NCBI GenBank assembly: GCA_001793825.1 | Contig: MGIQ01000001.1 | Coordinates: forward strand, 1-40,188 | From: Candidatus Wolfebacteria bacterium RIFCSPLOWO2_01_FULL_38_11 | GTDB lineage: Bacteria > Patescibacteriota > Minisyncoccia > UBA6257 > UBA9933 | DNA length: 40,188 nucleotides | Direction of reading: 5' to 3' | Part shown: piece after piece, positions 18,186-25,529 of the stretch | Position numbering within the stretch: position 1 is the first letter of the stretch | Layout: each line of letters starts with the position of its first letter | Translations under genes and position numbers: made by a program | The notes under the pieces: model-generated | The model's database searches: none | What the model saw: only the letters and a program-made list of their open reading frames with translations | Told to the model about the DNA's origin: nothing

Positions 18186-19289
18186 ATGGAAAAGAGAATT
18201 ATCGCTCATCTTGATATGGATGCCTTCTTTGCCGCTGTTGAAGAACGGGAAAAACCGCATTTAAAAGGTCTGCCTATTGTTGTTGGTTCTGACCCCATGG
18301 AAGGAAAAGGAAGGGGAGTTGTATCTACTGCCAATTATTTAGCTCGAAAATACGGCATTCATTCCGCCCTGCCGATTGCTCGAGCTTGGCAATTTTCTCA
18401 ATCCGCAAAAAAAGAAGGCAAACCCGAAGTTGTTTTTTTGGAGCCCAATATTAAAAAATATAGCGGCGTTTCCCAAAAGATTTTTGAAATCATAAGAAAA
18501 TATTCTCTTCAAGTTGAAGAATCCAGTATTGATGAAGCGTATTTTGATTTAAGTTTTGTAAAAAGTTTTAAGCAAGCTGAAAGCATTTGTCAAAAAATAA
18601 AAAATGAAATAAAAGAAAAAGAAAAACTAACCGCTTCCATCGGCATCGGTCCCAATAAATTAATTGCCAAACTCGCTTCTGATTTTCAAAAACCCGACGG
18701 TCTTACCGTGATAGGAACTGACGATAAAAAAAAATGTACTGAGCTTGTCGAAATATTTTTAAACCCATTGCCGATTCGCAAAATCCCCGGCATCGGCCCC
18801 AAAACGGAAATAGTTTTAAAAAACAAAGGAATAAATTTTGTGAAAGATTTAAAAAATCTTTCAAAGGAAAAATTAAAAGAAATGCTTGGCAAATGGGGCG
18901 CTGATTTGTACGATATGGCCCGTGGCCGCGATAATTCCCCGATTATCGAAGAATATGAAATAAAATCAATTGGCGAGCAGGAAACATTTTTAAAAGACAC
19001 CAAAGACGCCGGTTTTCTTTTCCAAAAATTAAACGAGCTGGCGGAAAATATTATCAACCGATTCAATCAGGGAGATTTTAGAAAATTTAAAGCCATTACT
19101 CTCACTGTTCGTTTCGCCGATTTTGAAACAAAAACTTCTTCCAAAACACTAAGCAAGCCGATAAATTCTTTGGATAATTTAAAATTTGAAGCTTTGAAAT
19201 TATTGACTCCGTTTTTAAGCGCTCAAAAAAATCCGAGAAAAAAGTTGATTAGATTGATAGGTTTAAGAATTGAAAAGCTGGAAAAATAA
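18186..19289 (+). CDS. dinB: DNA polymerase IV (Y family)
   Basis: HLDMDAFFAAVE, Y.AR.YG, SIDEAY, AKLASD..KPDG. Confidence 0.96.
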   Translation: MEKRIIAHLDMDAFFAAVEEREKPHLKGLPIVVGSDPMEGKGRGVVSTANYLARKYGIHSALPIARAWQFSQSAKKEGKPEVVFLEPNIKKYSGVSQKIFEIIRKYSLQVEESSIDEAYFDLSFVKSFKQAESICQKIKNEIKEKEKLTASIGIGPNKLIAKLASDFQKPDGLTVIGTDDKKKCTELVEIFLNPLPIRKIPGIGPKTEIVLKNKGINFVKDLKNLSKEKLKEMLGKWGADLYDMARGRDNSPIIEEYEIKSIGEQETFLKDTKDAGFLFQKLNELAENIINRFNQGDFRKFKAITLTVRFADFETKTSSKTLSKPINSLDNLKFEALKLLTPFLSAQKNPRKKLIRLIGLRIEKLEK

Positions 19290-19302
19290 AGCTTTTGAAT
19301 TA

Positions 19303-19331
19303 TTGACAACTCCTCGATAATCTCCTAAGAT
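19303..19331 (+). promoter_or_regulatory. Sigma70-type promoter for rpsB-tsf
   Basis: TTGACA-17 nt-TAAGAT. Confidence 0.65.
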
Positions 19332-19361
19332 AATTAGGCCAAACATTGGCGATTTTTATTT

Positions 19362-20123
19362 ATGAAAGACACTTCGAAAAGCAAAACTCAATTAACAGTA
19401 GTGGAAGAAGAAGTAAAAGAGAAAGAGATTGAAGCAATTGCCTCAGCCGCCGATATTGAATCAATAAAAGAAATGATGAAAGCTGGTTTGATGTACGGCC
19501 ATAAAACCAATCGGACTGAGCCGAAATTCAAATCTTACATTTCGCTTTCCCGGAATAACATTGAAATTATCGACCTTAGTCAGACTCTTTTGGCAATTAA
19601 TGAAGCGGCTGAATTTTTGAAGAAAATTATCAGTGAAAACAAGATGGTTCTTTTGGTAGCCACTCAATCGGCTGCCCAAGAAGCTATCGAAAAATTTGCT
19701 AAAAAGTTTAATTTTCCTTATGTGAAAAATCGTTGGCTGGGAGGATTAATCACTAATTTTAAAGTTTTATCAACTCGGATTGAAAAATTTAAGAAAAATC
19801 AAATTGACATGGAAAAAGGAGAATTTGACAAATATACCAAGAAAGAAAGAGTGGTCATTAATAAAAATATCGCCAGAATGAGAATATTGTTTGGCGGTTT
19901 GGAAAATCTGACAAAACTGCCTGATGCTTTGCTTATAATAGATTCTTCTTTAAAAAATCATAAAACTGCCATTCGCGAAGCGCGCCAATTGAATATTCCG
20001 GTTATCGGCATAATAGACAGCGATGACAATCCGGAATTTGTTGACATGGTGATTCCCGCCAACGACCATGCTAAAATGAGCATTGATTTCATTATTGATA
20101 AAATAATGGAAAAAATTTCTTAA
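19362..20123 (+). CDS. rpsB: 30S ribosomal protein S2
   Basis: AG..YGH, IIDL, RWLGG.ITNF, IPAND. Confidence 0.96.
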   Translation: MKDTSKSKTQLTVVEEEVKEKEIEAIASAADIESIKEMMKAGLMYGHKTNRTEPKFKSYISLSRNNIEIIDLSQTLLAINEAAEFLKKIISENKMVLLVATQSAAQEAIEKFAKKFNFPYVKNRWLGGLITNFKVLSTRIEKFKKNQIDMEKGEFDKYTKKERVVINKNIARMRILFGGLENLTKLPDALLIIDSSLKNHKTAIREARQLNIPVIGIIDSDDNPEFVDMVIPANDHAKMSIDFIIDKIMEKIS

Positions 20124-20125
20124 AA

Positions 20126-20566
20126 ATGACCAGTGAAATTCAAAAGTTAAGGGAAATTACCGGCGCTGGAGTAATGGAATGCAAAAAAGCTTTGGAAGAA
20201 GCCGCCGGCGATTTTGAAAAAGCAAAATCAATTATTTACGAGCGGGGATTGACAAAAGCCGAGAAAAAAAGCGAGCGAGCGACTGGTTCCGGCCTTCTTC
20301 ATTCTTATATTCACAATGGCCGAGTTGGCGTTTTGCTTGAACTTCGCTGTGAAACTGATTTTGTGGCGCGGAATCCTTTATTTAAAGAATTAGCGCATAA
20401 CTTGGTTATGCAGATTGCCGCCATGAATCCGCAGGATATAAATTCTTTAGTGGCTCAAAATTATGTAAAAGACGATTCTATGGCGGTTGAAGCCCTGATA
20501 AAAACTGCTATTGCCAAACTTGGCGAAAATATAAAAGTAGAAAAATTCTGCCGATACGAAATATAA
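20126..20566 (+). CDS. tsf: Elongation factor Ts (short form)
   Basis: LRE.TGAG.MECKKAL, ELRCETDFVA, GENI.V..F.R; follows rpsB. Confidence 0.95.
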   Translation: MTSEIQKLREITGAGVMECKKALEEAAGDFEKAKSIIYERGLTKAEKKSERATGSGLLHSYIHNGRVGVLLELRCETDFVARNPLFKELAHNLVMQIAAMNPQDINSLVAQNYVKDDSMAVEALIKTAIAKLGENIKVEKFCRYEI

Positions 20567-20571
20567 TAATA

Positions 20572-20922
20572 ATGTACACTTTTATTCTTCAAATCATTAT
20601 AATGTTAAGCCTTGGCGCGGTAATTTATTTGATTGCAAGAGTTGCTCCGCGCGTTGGCGATGTCCATGATTATACGCGCACTCCTCATTTATTTGATAAG
20701 TTGGGATCAAAAATCCCGCTTAATGAAATTGATTTTGCTGCTAGCGCGTTTTTGGAAAAAACATTAAGAAAAATAAAACTATTATTAATGAAATGGGACA
20801 ACATTGTCAGCGGCCATATTAATAAAATAAAAAAAACCAATGGTAATGGCTTAAATAAAGAAGCAAAGCCAAATCTTTTTGAAGAAGTTAAAGAAGAAAA
20901 TTCTCAAGAGGTTAAAGAATAG
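20572..20922 (+). CDS. Hypothetical membrane protein
   Basis: N-terminal TM; co-oriented after tsf. Confidence 0.7.
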   Translation: MYTFILQIIIMLSLGAVIYLIARVAPRVGDVHDYTRTPHLFDKLGSKIPLNEIDFAASAFLEKTLRKIKLLLMKWDNIVSGHINKIKKTNGNGLNKEAKPNLFEEVKEENSQEVKE

Positions 20923-20941
20923 AAAAATTAAAAATTATCAT

Positions 20942-21025
20942 CCGGCGGTGGCGGAGCGGTCAATCGCATCAGACTGTAAATCTGACGGGCTTGTCCCTGC
21001 GTAGGTTCGAATCCTACCCGCCGGA
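20942..21025 (+). tRNA. tRNA-Tyr(GUA) with C1:G72 and a long variable arm
   Basis: CCGGCGG/CCGCCGG-A acceptor; TCAGA-CT GTA AA-TCTGA; GTAGG-TTCGAAT-CCTAC. Confidence 0.95.
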
Positions 21026-21106
21026 CAAATATAAAGCGCTTAACTAGGCGTTTTTTATTTATGATTGCTCTTAATACAAAATTTTGATAATATCTAATTA
21101 ATATTT

Positions 21107-22210
21107 ATGGATATTAAAGAAAAAATTAACCTAATTTCTCGGCTCACTGAAGAAGTCATTGAAAAAGACGAGCTGGAGTTTTTGTTTTCTCAAAATATTC
21201 CCTTAAAGCATTATATTGGCTTGGAAATTTCCGGAAAAATTCATCTTGGCACTGGTTTGGTTTGCATGCAAAAAGTGAAAGATTTTGCCGATGTCGGAGT
21301 TAAGGTTCATATTTTTTTGGCTGATTATCACACTTGGATAAACGATAAGCTTAATGGTGATTTGGAAACAATTAAAAAAATAGCTGTTGGCTATTTTAAA
21401 GAAGGGTTGAGCGTTGCGTATAAATGTCTGGGTGGCAATCCGAAAGATTTGAATTTTATTCTTGCTTCTGATTTTTATCATAATAACGATATTTTTTGGC
21501 AAACTGTCATTGATGTCAGCAAAAACACAAGTTTGAGCCGGATGCAAAGAAGTATCACTATTTTAGGCAAAAAAGAAGGAGGCGAAGTTGATTTTGCCAA
21601 ACTTCTTTATCCGGCAATGCAAGTGGCTGATATTTTTGCCGGCGGTTTTCATTTTTCTCATGCCGGATTAGACCAAAGAAAGGCCAATGTTATTGCCCGT
21701 GACGTGGCAAATCATTTAAAATTCTCTCCTTTAAAAATTGGAGATAAAATTATCAAGCCCATTGCTGTTCACAATCACTTGCTTTTGGGATTAAGCAAGC
21801 CAACAGGCGATTCAGAAGAAGATTTACAAACTTCTATGAAAATGAGCAAATCAAAACCTGACAGCGCTATTTTTATTCACGACAGCGAAGATGAAATAAT
21901 AAGAAAAATCAAAAAAGCGTATTGTCCGGAAAAAGAAACAGAACTTAATCCTATAATTGATTGGGTAAAATATCTGATTTTTTCTCGCGAAGAAAAAATT
22001 GTTATAGAAAGGAATCCCGAGCACGGCGGAAATTTTGAATTTAGAAATTTTGAAGAATTGGAAAAATCTTATAAATCGGGCGAGCTTCATCCTGTTGATT
22101 TGAAAAATTTTGTTGCCGGATATTTAATTGAGCTTTTAAGGCCGGCGCGCGATCATTTTGCAAAAAGCGAGCCAAAAAAGATGCTTGAAGAATTGGAAGC
22201 GTTAATGTAA
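21107..22210 (+). CDS. tyrS: Tyrosyl-tRNA synthetase, archaeal/eukaryotic type
   Basis: YIGLEISG..HLG, LAD.H.W.N.K, YP.MQ.ADI, G.DQRK, KMSKS, KI.KAYCP, LHP.DLK; no C-terminal S4 domain; adjacent to tRNA-Tyr. Confidence 0.9.
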   Translation: MDIKEKINLISRLTEEVIEKDELEFLFSQNIPLKHYIGLEISGKIHLGTGLVCMQKVKDFADVGVKVHIFLADYHTWINDKLNGDLETIKKIAVGYFKEGLSVAYKCLGGNPKDLNFILASDFYHNNDIFWQTVIDVSKNTSLSRMQRSITILGKKEGGEVDFAKLLYPAMQVADIFAGGFHFSHAGLDQRKANVIARDVANHLKFSPLKIGDKIIKPIAVHNHLLLGLSKPTGDSEEDLQTSMKMSKSKPDSAIFIHDSEDEIIRKIKKAYCPEKETELNPIIDWVKYLIFSREEKIVIERNPEHGGNFEFRNFEELEKSYKSGELHPVDLKNFVAGYLIELLRPARDHFAKSEPKKMLEELEALM

Positions 22211-22240
22211 GATAATTTTTGCGCCAGAGTAGCTCAATGG

Positions 22241-22347
22241 TCCCCCACCCATTATTATGCCACCCTAGCTCAATGGCAGAGCAATACTTTTGTAAAGTAG
22301 AGGTTCGGGGTTCAACTCCCCGGGGTGGCTCAAAAATGGGTGGGGGA
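22241..22347 (+). mobile_element. tRNA-carrying mini-insert with 13-bp perfect IRs
   Basis: TCCCCCACCCATT (22241-22253) / AATGGGTGGGGGA (22335-22347) enclosing tRNA-Thr(UGU). Confidence 0.65.
22259..22330 (+). tRNA. tRNA-Thr(UGU), nested
   Basis: GCCACCC/GGGTGGC-T acceptor; TACT-TT TGT AA-AGTA; CGGGG-TTCAACT-CCCCG. Confidence 0.92.
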
Positions 22348-22376
22348 TAAAGCGAAAGTTGGCTGGCTCGCAATAT

Positions 22377-22448
22377 GCCGATGTAGCTCAGTGGTAGAGC
22401 AACTCCATGGTAAGGAGTAGGCCGCCAGTTCAATCCTGGCCATCGGCT
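22377..22448 (+). tRNA. tRNA-Thr(GGU)
   Basis: GCCGATG/CATCGGC-T; ACTCC-AT GGT AA-GGAGT; GCCAG-TTCAATC-CTGGC. Confidence 0.95.
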
Positions 22449-22513
22449 CAAATTTTTTTTCAAAGGAAAAAAAATTTGCCCCGAAGAAGCGAAGCGAAAG
22501 CGGGGCTATAAGT

Positions 22514-22780
22514 ATGTATTTTGTCTACATTTTAAAATCTAAAAGTACAGGCAGACATTATGTTGGCTATACAAATAATCTTCAAAGAAGATTAAAAGAA
22601 CATAACAACGGCAAAACTAGATCATTAGTAAAGTACATACCTCTTGAAATTATTTTAGTAGAAGAGTATAAAATATTAAAAGAAGCAAGAGAAAGAGAAA
22701 AACAAATTAAAAGCTATAAATCGGGCGAAGCATTTAAAAAATTATTAAATTTACAACCCACGCCTTCGGCGGGGTGCTGA
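22514..22780 (+). CDS. Stand-alone GIY-YIG nuclease
   Basis: YFVYIL.S....HYVGYT.NL.RRL.EHN.G, E..A..RE..IK; flanked by GC hairpins at 22478-22506 and 22756-22775. Confidence 0.93.
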   Translation: MYFVYILKSKSTGRHYVGYTNNLQRRLKEHNNGKTRSLVKYIPLEIILVEEYKILKEAREREKQIKSYKSGEAFKKLLNLQPTPSAGC

Positions 22781-22833
22781 ATTTTATAGATAAATTTTTT
22801 ATCGCTTTACTCAAAAATTTATATAAAATTCGC

Positions 22834-23001
22834 ATGGCAAAATCAAAATTTTCAGAAAATTTAATAAGACTTCGCTGTACTGTCTGCAAAAGAAATAATT
22901 ATTATACTCGCAAAAAGAAATCATTGGAGCGGAAAATTGAAGTTAAAAAATATTGTAAATGGTGCCGAAAACACACTCCGCATAAAGAAGCGAAAATATA
23001 A
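22834..23001 (+). CDS. rpmG: 50S ribosomal protein L33 (Zn-binding form)
   Basis: ATG at 22834; CTVC..NYYT.K, KKYCKWCRKHT.HKE. Confidence 0.95.
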   Translation: MAKSKFSENLIRLRCTVCKRNNYYTRKKKSLERKIEVKKYCKWCRKHTPHKEAKI

Positions 23002-23067
23002 TATTTTGATATTATATCAAAACATTAATTAGGGAGTTTAGGTAAGTGGCATAACGGCGGTCTCCAA

Positions 23068-23174
23068 CTCAGCACATTTAGTTTAAATGGGAGTGTCGTC
23101 CAATGGCAGGACTCTGGTCTCCAAAACCAGGTATCCAAGTTCGAATCTTGGCATTCCCGCAAAAATGTGCTGGG
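23068..23174 (+). mobile_element. tRNA-carrying mini-insert with 12-bp IRs
   Basis: CTCAGCACATTT (23068-23079) / AAATGTGCTGGG (23163-23174) enclosing tRNA-Trp. Confidence 0.65.
23089..23159 (+). tRNA. tRNA-Trp(CCA), nested
   Basis: GGGAGTG/CATTCCC-G; CTGGT-CT CCA AA-ACCAG; CCAAG-TTCGAAT-CTTGG. Confidence 0.94.
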
Positions 23175-23308
23175 CGATTCCCTCAATTCATTATTCTTAT
23201 TCCCTCCCTAGGTTTTTTGAACTTATTTTCTTTTTCCGAGATTTTATTATTAATTGGAATTAATCCAAACTTTTTATATAATAATTAAAATAAAACAAAC
23301 TTTCAATA

Positions 23309-23959
23309 ATGGATATTGATTTTGAAAATTTAATAAATTCACTAATTAAAGATGGTTATTTAAAAACTTCGGGCATAATAGAGGCTTTTAAAAAAATAAA
23401 TCGCAAAGATTTCGTTTCCGAAGAATATAAAAATGAAGCCTATATTAATGCTCCCCTGCCTATTGGTTTTGGGCAAACCATTTCTCAACCTTTAACCGTA
23501 GCTTTTATGCTTGAACTTCTTGAGCCAAAAAAAGGAGAGCGTATCTTGGATATTGGTTCCGGTTCTGGCTGGCAAACCGCAATACTTTCTTCTATTGTCG
23601 GCGATCCGCCGGCTGGCGGAGGTAGAGTTGTCGGTATGGAAAGAATTCCTGAGCTTAAAGAAATGGCCGAAAGAAACGTTTCCAAATATAATTTTATTGA
23701 AAAAAATATTGCCAGCATTATCTTGGCTGATGGTTCTTTTGGCTATAAAAGAGAATCGCCTTATGATAAAATTATTGCCGGAGCAGCCGCTGTAAAAGAC
23801 ATACCAATGGAATGGAAAAAACAGTTAAAAATCGGAGGCCGGATAGTCGCTCCCGTTGGTCATAGCGTTATTGTTATTGATAAAATTAGCAAAAATGAAT
23901 ATACTAAAAAAGAGTATTTTGGATTTAGCTTTGTCCCGCTTATCACTATTAACCATTAA
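23309..23959 (+). CDS. pcm: Protein-L-isoaspartate O-methyltransferase
   Basis: LPIG.GQTISQP, LDIGSGSGW, DGS.G, PYD.I, QL..GGR.V.PVG, F.FVPL. Confidence 0.94.
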   Translation: MDIDFENLINSLIKDGYLKTSGIIEAFKKINRKDFVSEEYKNEAYINAPLPIGFGQTISQPLTVAFMLELLEPKKGERILDIGSGSGWQTAILSSIVGDPPAGGGRVVGMERIPELKEMAERNVSKYNFIEKNIASIILADGSFGYKRESPYDKIIAGAAAVKDIPMEWKKQLKIGGRIVAPVGHSVIVIDKISKNEYTKKEYFGFSFVPLITINH

Positions 23960-23977
23960 CCATTTATCACCATACAT

Positions 23978-25231
23978 ATGGAACCCGCTCAAAAAATAGC
24001 GAAGATTTTAAGGACTGATAAAGATATTATTGAAAAACTGGCTGAAAAAGCCGAGGCCTTAACTGATAAAGAAAATATTTTGGAAAAAATTGTTAAGGGA
24101 AACGAAGCGCTTATTAAAAATCGCCTTCAGCTTAAAGAATTGGGTTCAAGCATTTCTGCGGAAGAAATTTATAAGGCCTTAATCGATAAAATAAAAGAAG
24201 ACGACCTTCAGCTTTTCAAAGCTCTTGGCAAGCCGTCTTTTATGTTAAAAGAAGATGTTGATTTTGTTTTGGAAAAAGTAAAGGATTTGGTGGTGCCTGC
24301 AGAAGGATTTTTCCTTAAAAAAGAAAAAGCGGTTGAATTTCTGAAAAAAGAACCACCCCAAAAAGTGATTGATTATCTCGGTTATAAAAATGTTGATGAG
24401 TTAATCAGTCGGGAAGATATTTTTGAAATCTTCGCCGCTATAAGAATTTTCGAAGATACTAAATGGCTTAATGATGTTTTCTCAAAACAATATTTATCAT
24501 TAACGCCGAATGATTTCGAAAAAAGAATGATAGAGATGCGGTCACTAAGCCAAAAATGGGTTGGAGTGGCTCAAACCTTTTTAAAGAAAAAATATCAAAA
24601 CATCTCTCATCTGAAAGAACTCGGCTATATTTTTGTGATTCCGGTTGAACTGGGGATGCTGGGAGAGGTGACTAGAATGTTTTCTTTGGCTCTTCATTAC
24701 TTTTTTGAAGTAAAATTCAACTCCGAGCTTTTCGAAAAATTTGCGAGTGAACCAGCTACTTTCGGGAAAAATTTTGCTTCAGTGATTAAAGTGGAAATAA
24801 TTGATAATCGTCCGCCGGAAACCGATAAACTTCGCTGGTTAATTATTCCGAGATATCTGGCGCGATACGATGAAAATGATTGGCGGCTTTTTGAGCCTCA
24901 TATTTCGCCCGAAGCTCTTTATTGGAAAAAGGCGGAAGACGCTTTGGTTAATATCAATAAAGTTTTGAAGGATGTTTATGTTAATTTTCTTTTTTGGCAG
25001 GACCTTGATTGGGTTGGCGATTATTTTAAAACAAAGACCGGCATAGAATCTTTGGTGAGTTTTAATTTAGTTGACGCGATTATGGCCTTAATCAGAGAAA
25101 AGGAACTTGAAAAGTATCTTTATCATCATCAGGAATCTCTTTGGAATAAAATTTTTATCGAATATTTTGGGGAAGAGAAGTTTGAGAAATTAATTAAAGA
25201 AAATTTCATTAAAGGCTATTTTGAAATGTAA
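23978..25231 (+). CDS. Hypothetical protein
   Basis: 417-aa ORF with host-like codon usage; no motif recognised. Confidence 0.8.
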   Translation: MEPAQKIAKILRTDKDIIEKLAEKAEALTDKENILEKIVKGNEALIKNRLQLKELGSSISAEEIYKALIDKIKEDDLQLFKALGKPSFMLKEDVDFVLEKVKDLVVPAEGFFLKKEKAVEFLKKEPPQKVIDYLGYKNVDELISREDIFEIFAAIRIFEDTKWLNDVFSKQYLSLTPNDFEKRMIEMRSLSQKWVGVAQTFLKKKYQNISHLKELGYIFVIPVELGMLGEVTRMFSLALHYFFEVKFNSELFEKFASEPATFGKNFASVIKVEIIDNRPPETDKLRWLIIPRYLARYDENDWRLFEPHISPEALYWKKAEDALVNINKVLKDVYVNFLFWQDLDWVGDYFKTKTGIESLVSFNLVDAIMALIREKELEKYLYHHQESLWNKIFIEYFGEEKFEKLIKENFIKGYFEM

Positions 25232-25240
25232 AAATTTAGT

Positions 25241-25277
25241 AATATAAAATCGCTCCGTTACGGAGCGATTTTATATT
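25241..25277. terminator. Bidirectional terminator
   Basis: AATATAAAATCGCTCCG-tta-CGGAGCGATTTTATATT perfect hairpin. Confidence 0.85.
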
Positions 25278-25370
25278 GAATTATCGGGCTGCCATCCTTC
25301 GCTAAAGCTACGGACTGGCAATCGCCCTTATTTCATTCGGGCTGCCGAGAATTGAACTCGGACCTCGTGC

Positions 25371-25405
25371 CTGCCCCGTAGCGAGCTTCGCTCTGCTACC
25401 GGGGT
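25371..25405 (-). repeat. 35-nt palindromic insert at the 3' edge of the outer tRNA-Pro anticodon loop
   Basis: ACCCCGGTAGCAGAGCGAAGCTCGCTACGGGGCAG (minus) hairpin capped by GCGAAGC. Confidence 0.8.
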
Positions 25406-25412
25406 TCCCAAA

Positions 25413-25529
25413 CCCCCACACTAAAAATTTATTTATCGGAGAGCCGAGAATCGAACTCGGACCTCGTGTTCCCAAAACACGTATACTACCACTATACTAC
25501 TCTCCGTTTAATTTTAGTGCGGGGCTAAC
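25413..25529 (-). mobile_element. tRNA-carrying mini-insert with 13-bp IRs
   Basis: CCCCACACTAAAA (25414-25426) / TTTTAGTGCGGGG (25512-25524) enclosing tRNA-Pro. Confidence 0.7.
25436..25506 (-). tRNA. tRNA-Pro(UGG), nested
   Basis: Minus strand CGGAGAG/CTCTCCG-A; CGTGT-TT TGG GA-ACACG; CCGAG-TTCGATT-CTCGG. Confidence 0.94.

Larger units (their letters stand above)
22223..22368 (+). pseudogene. Degenerate outer tRNA (Thr-like) interrupted in the D-loop by an IR-flanked insert
   Basis: GCCAGAGTAGCTCAATGG(T) 5' part; after the insert TAAAGC (~TAGAGC) and CTGGC-T complementary to GCCAG; middle deleted. Confidence 0.6.
23031..23210 (+). pseudogene. Degenerate outer tRNA-Trp(CCA) interrupted after nucleotide 37
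   Basis: AGGGAGT...AACG-GCGGT-CT CCA A | insert | ...CTCCCT (23204-23209) pairing with AGGGAG; lies in the usual rpmG-tRNA-Trp position. Confidence 0.7.

Noticed and set aside
22041-22463. 140-aa minus-strand ORF
   Set aside because: Antisense read-through of two tRNA-Thr genes and the tyrS 3' end; typical tRNA shadow ORF.
23103-23288. 61-aa ORF
   Set aside because: Starts inside tRNA-Trp and runs through the decayed outer tRNA; no protein features.
23068-25529. Group I/II intron or BHB-intron explanation for the tRNA inserts
   Set aside because: The inserts are only 35-117 nt and are filled by a tRNA or a single hairpin, leaving no room for a ribozyme core; no convincing bulge-helix-bulge was seen by eye. 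Splicing by another route is not excluded.
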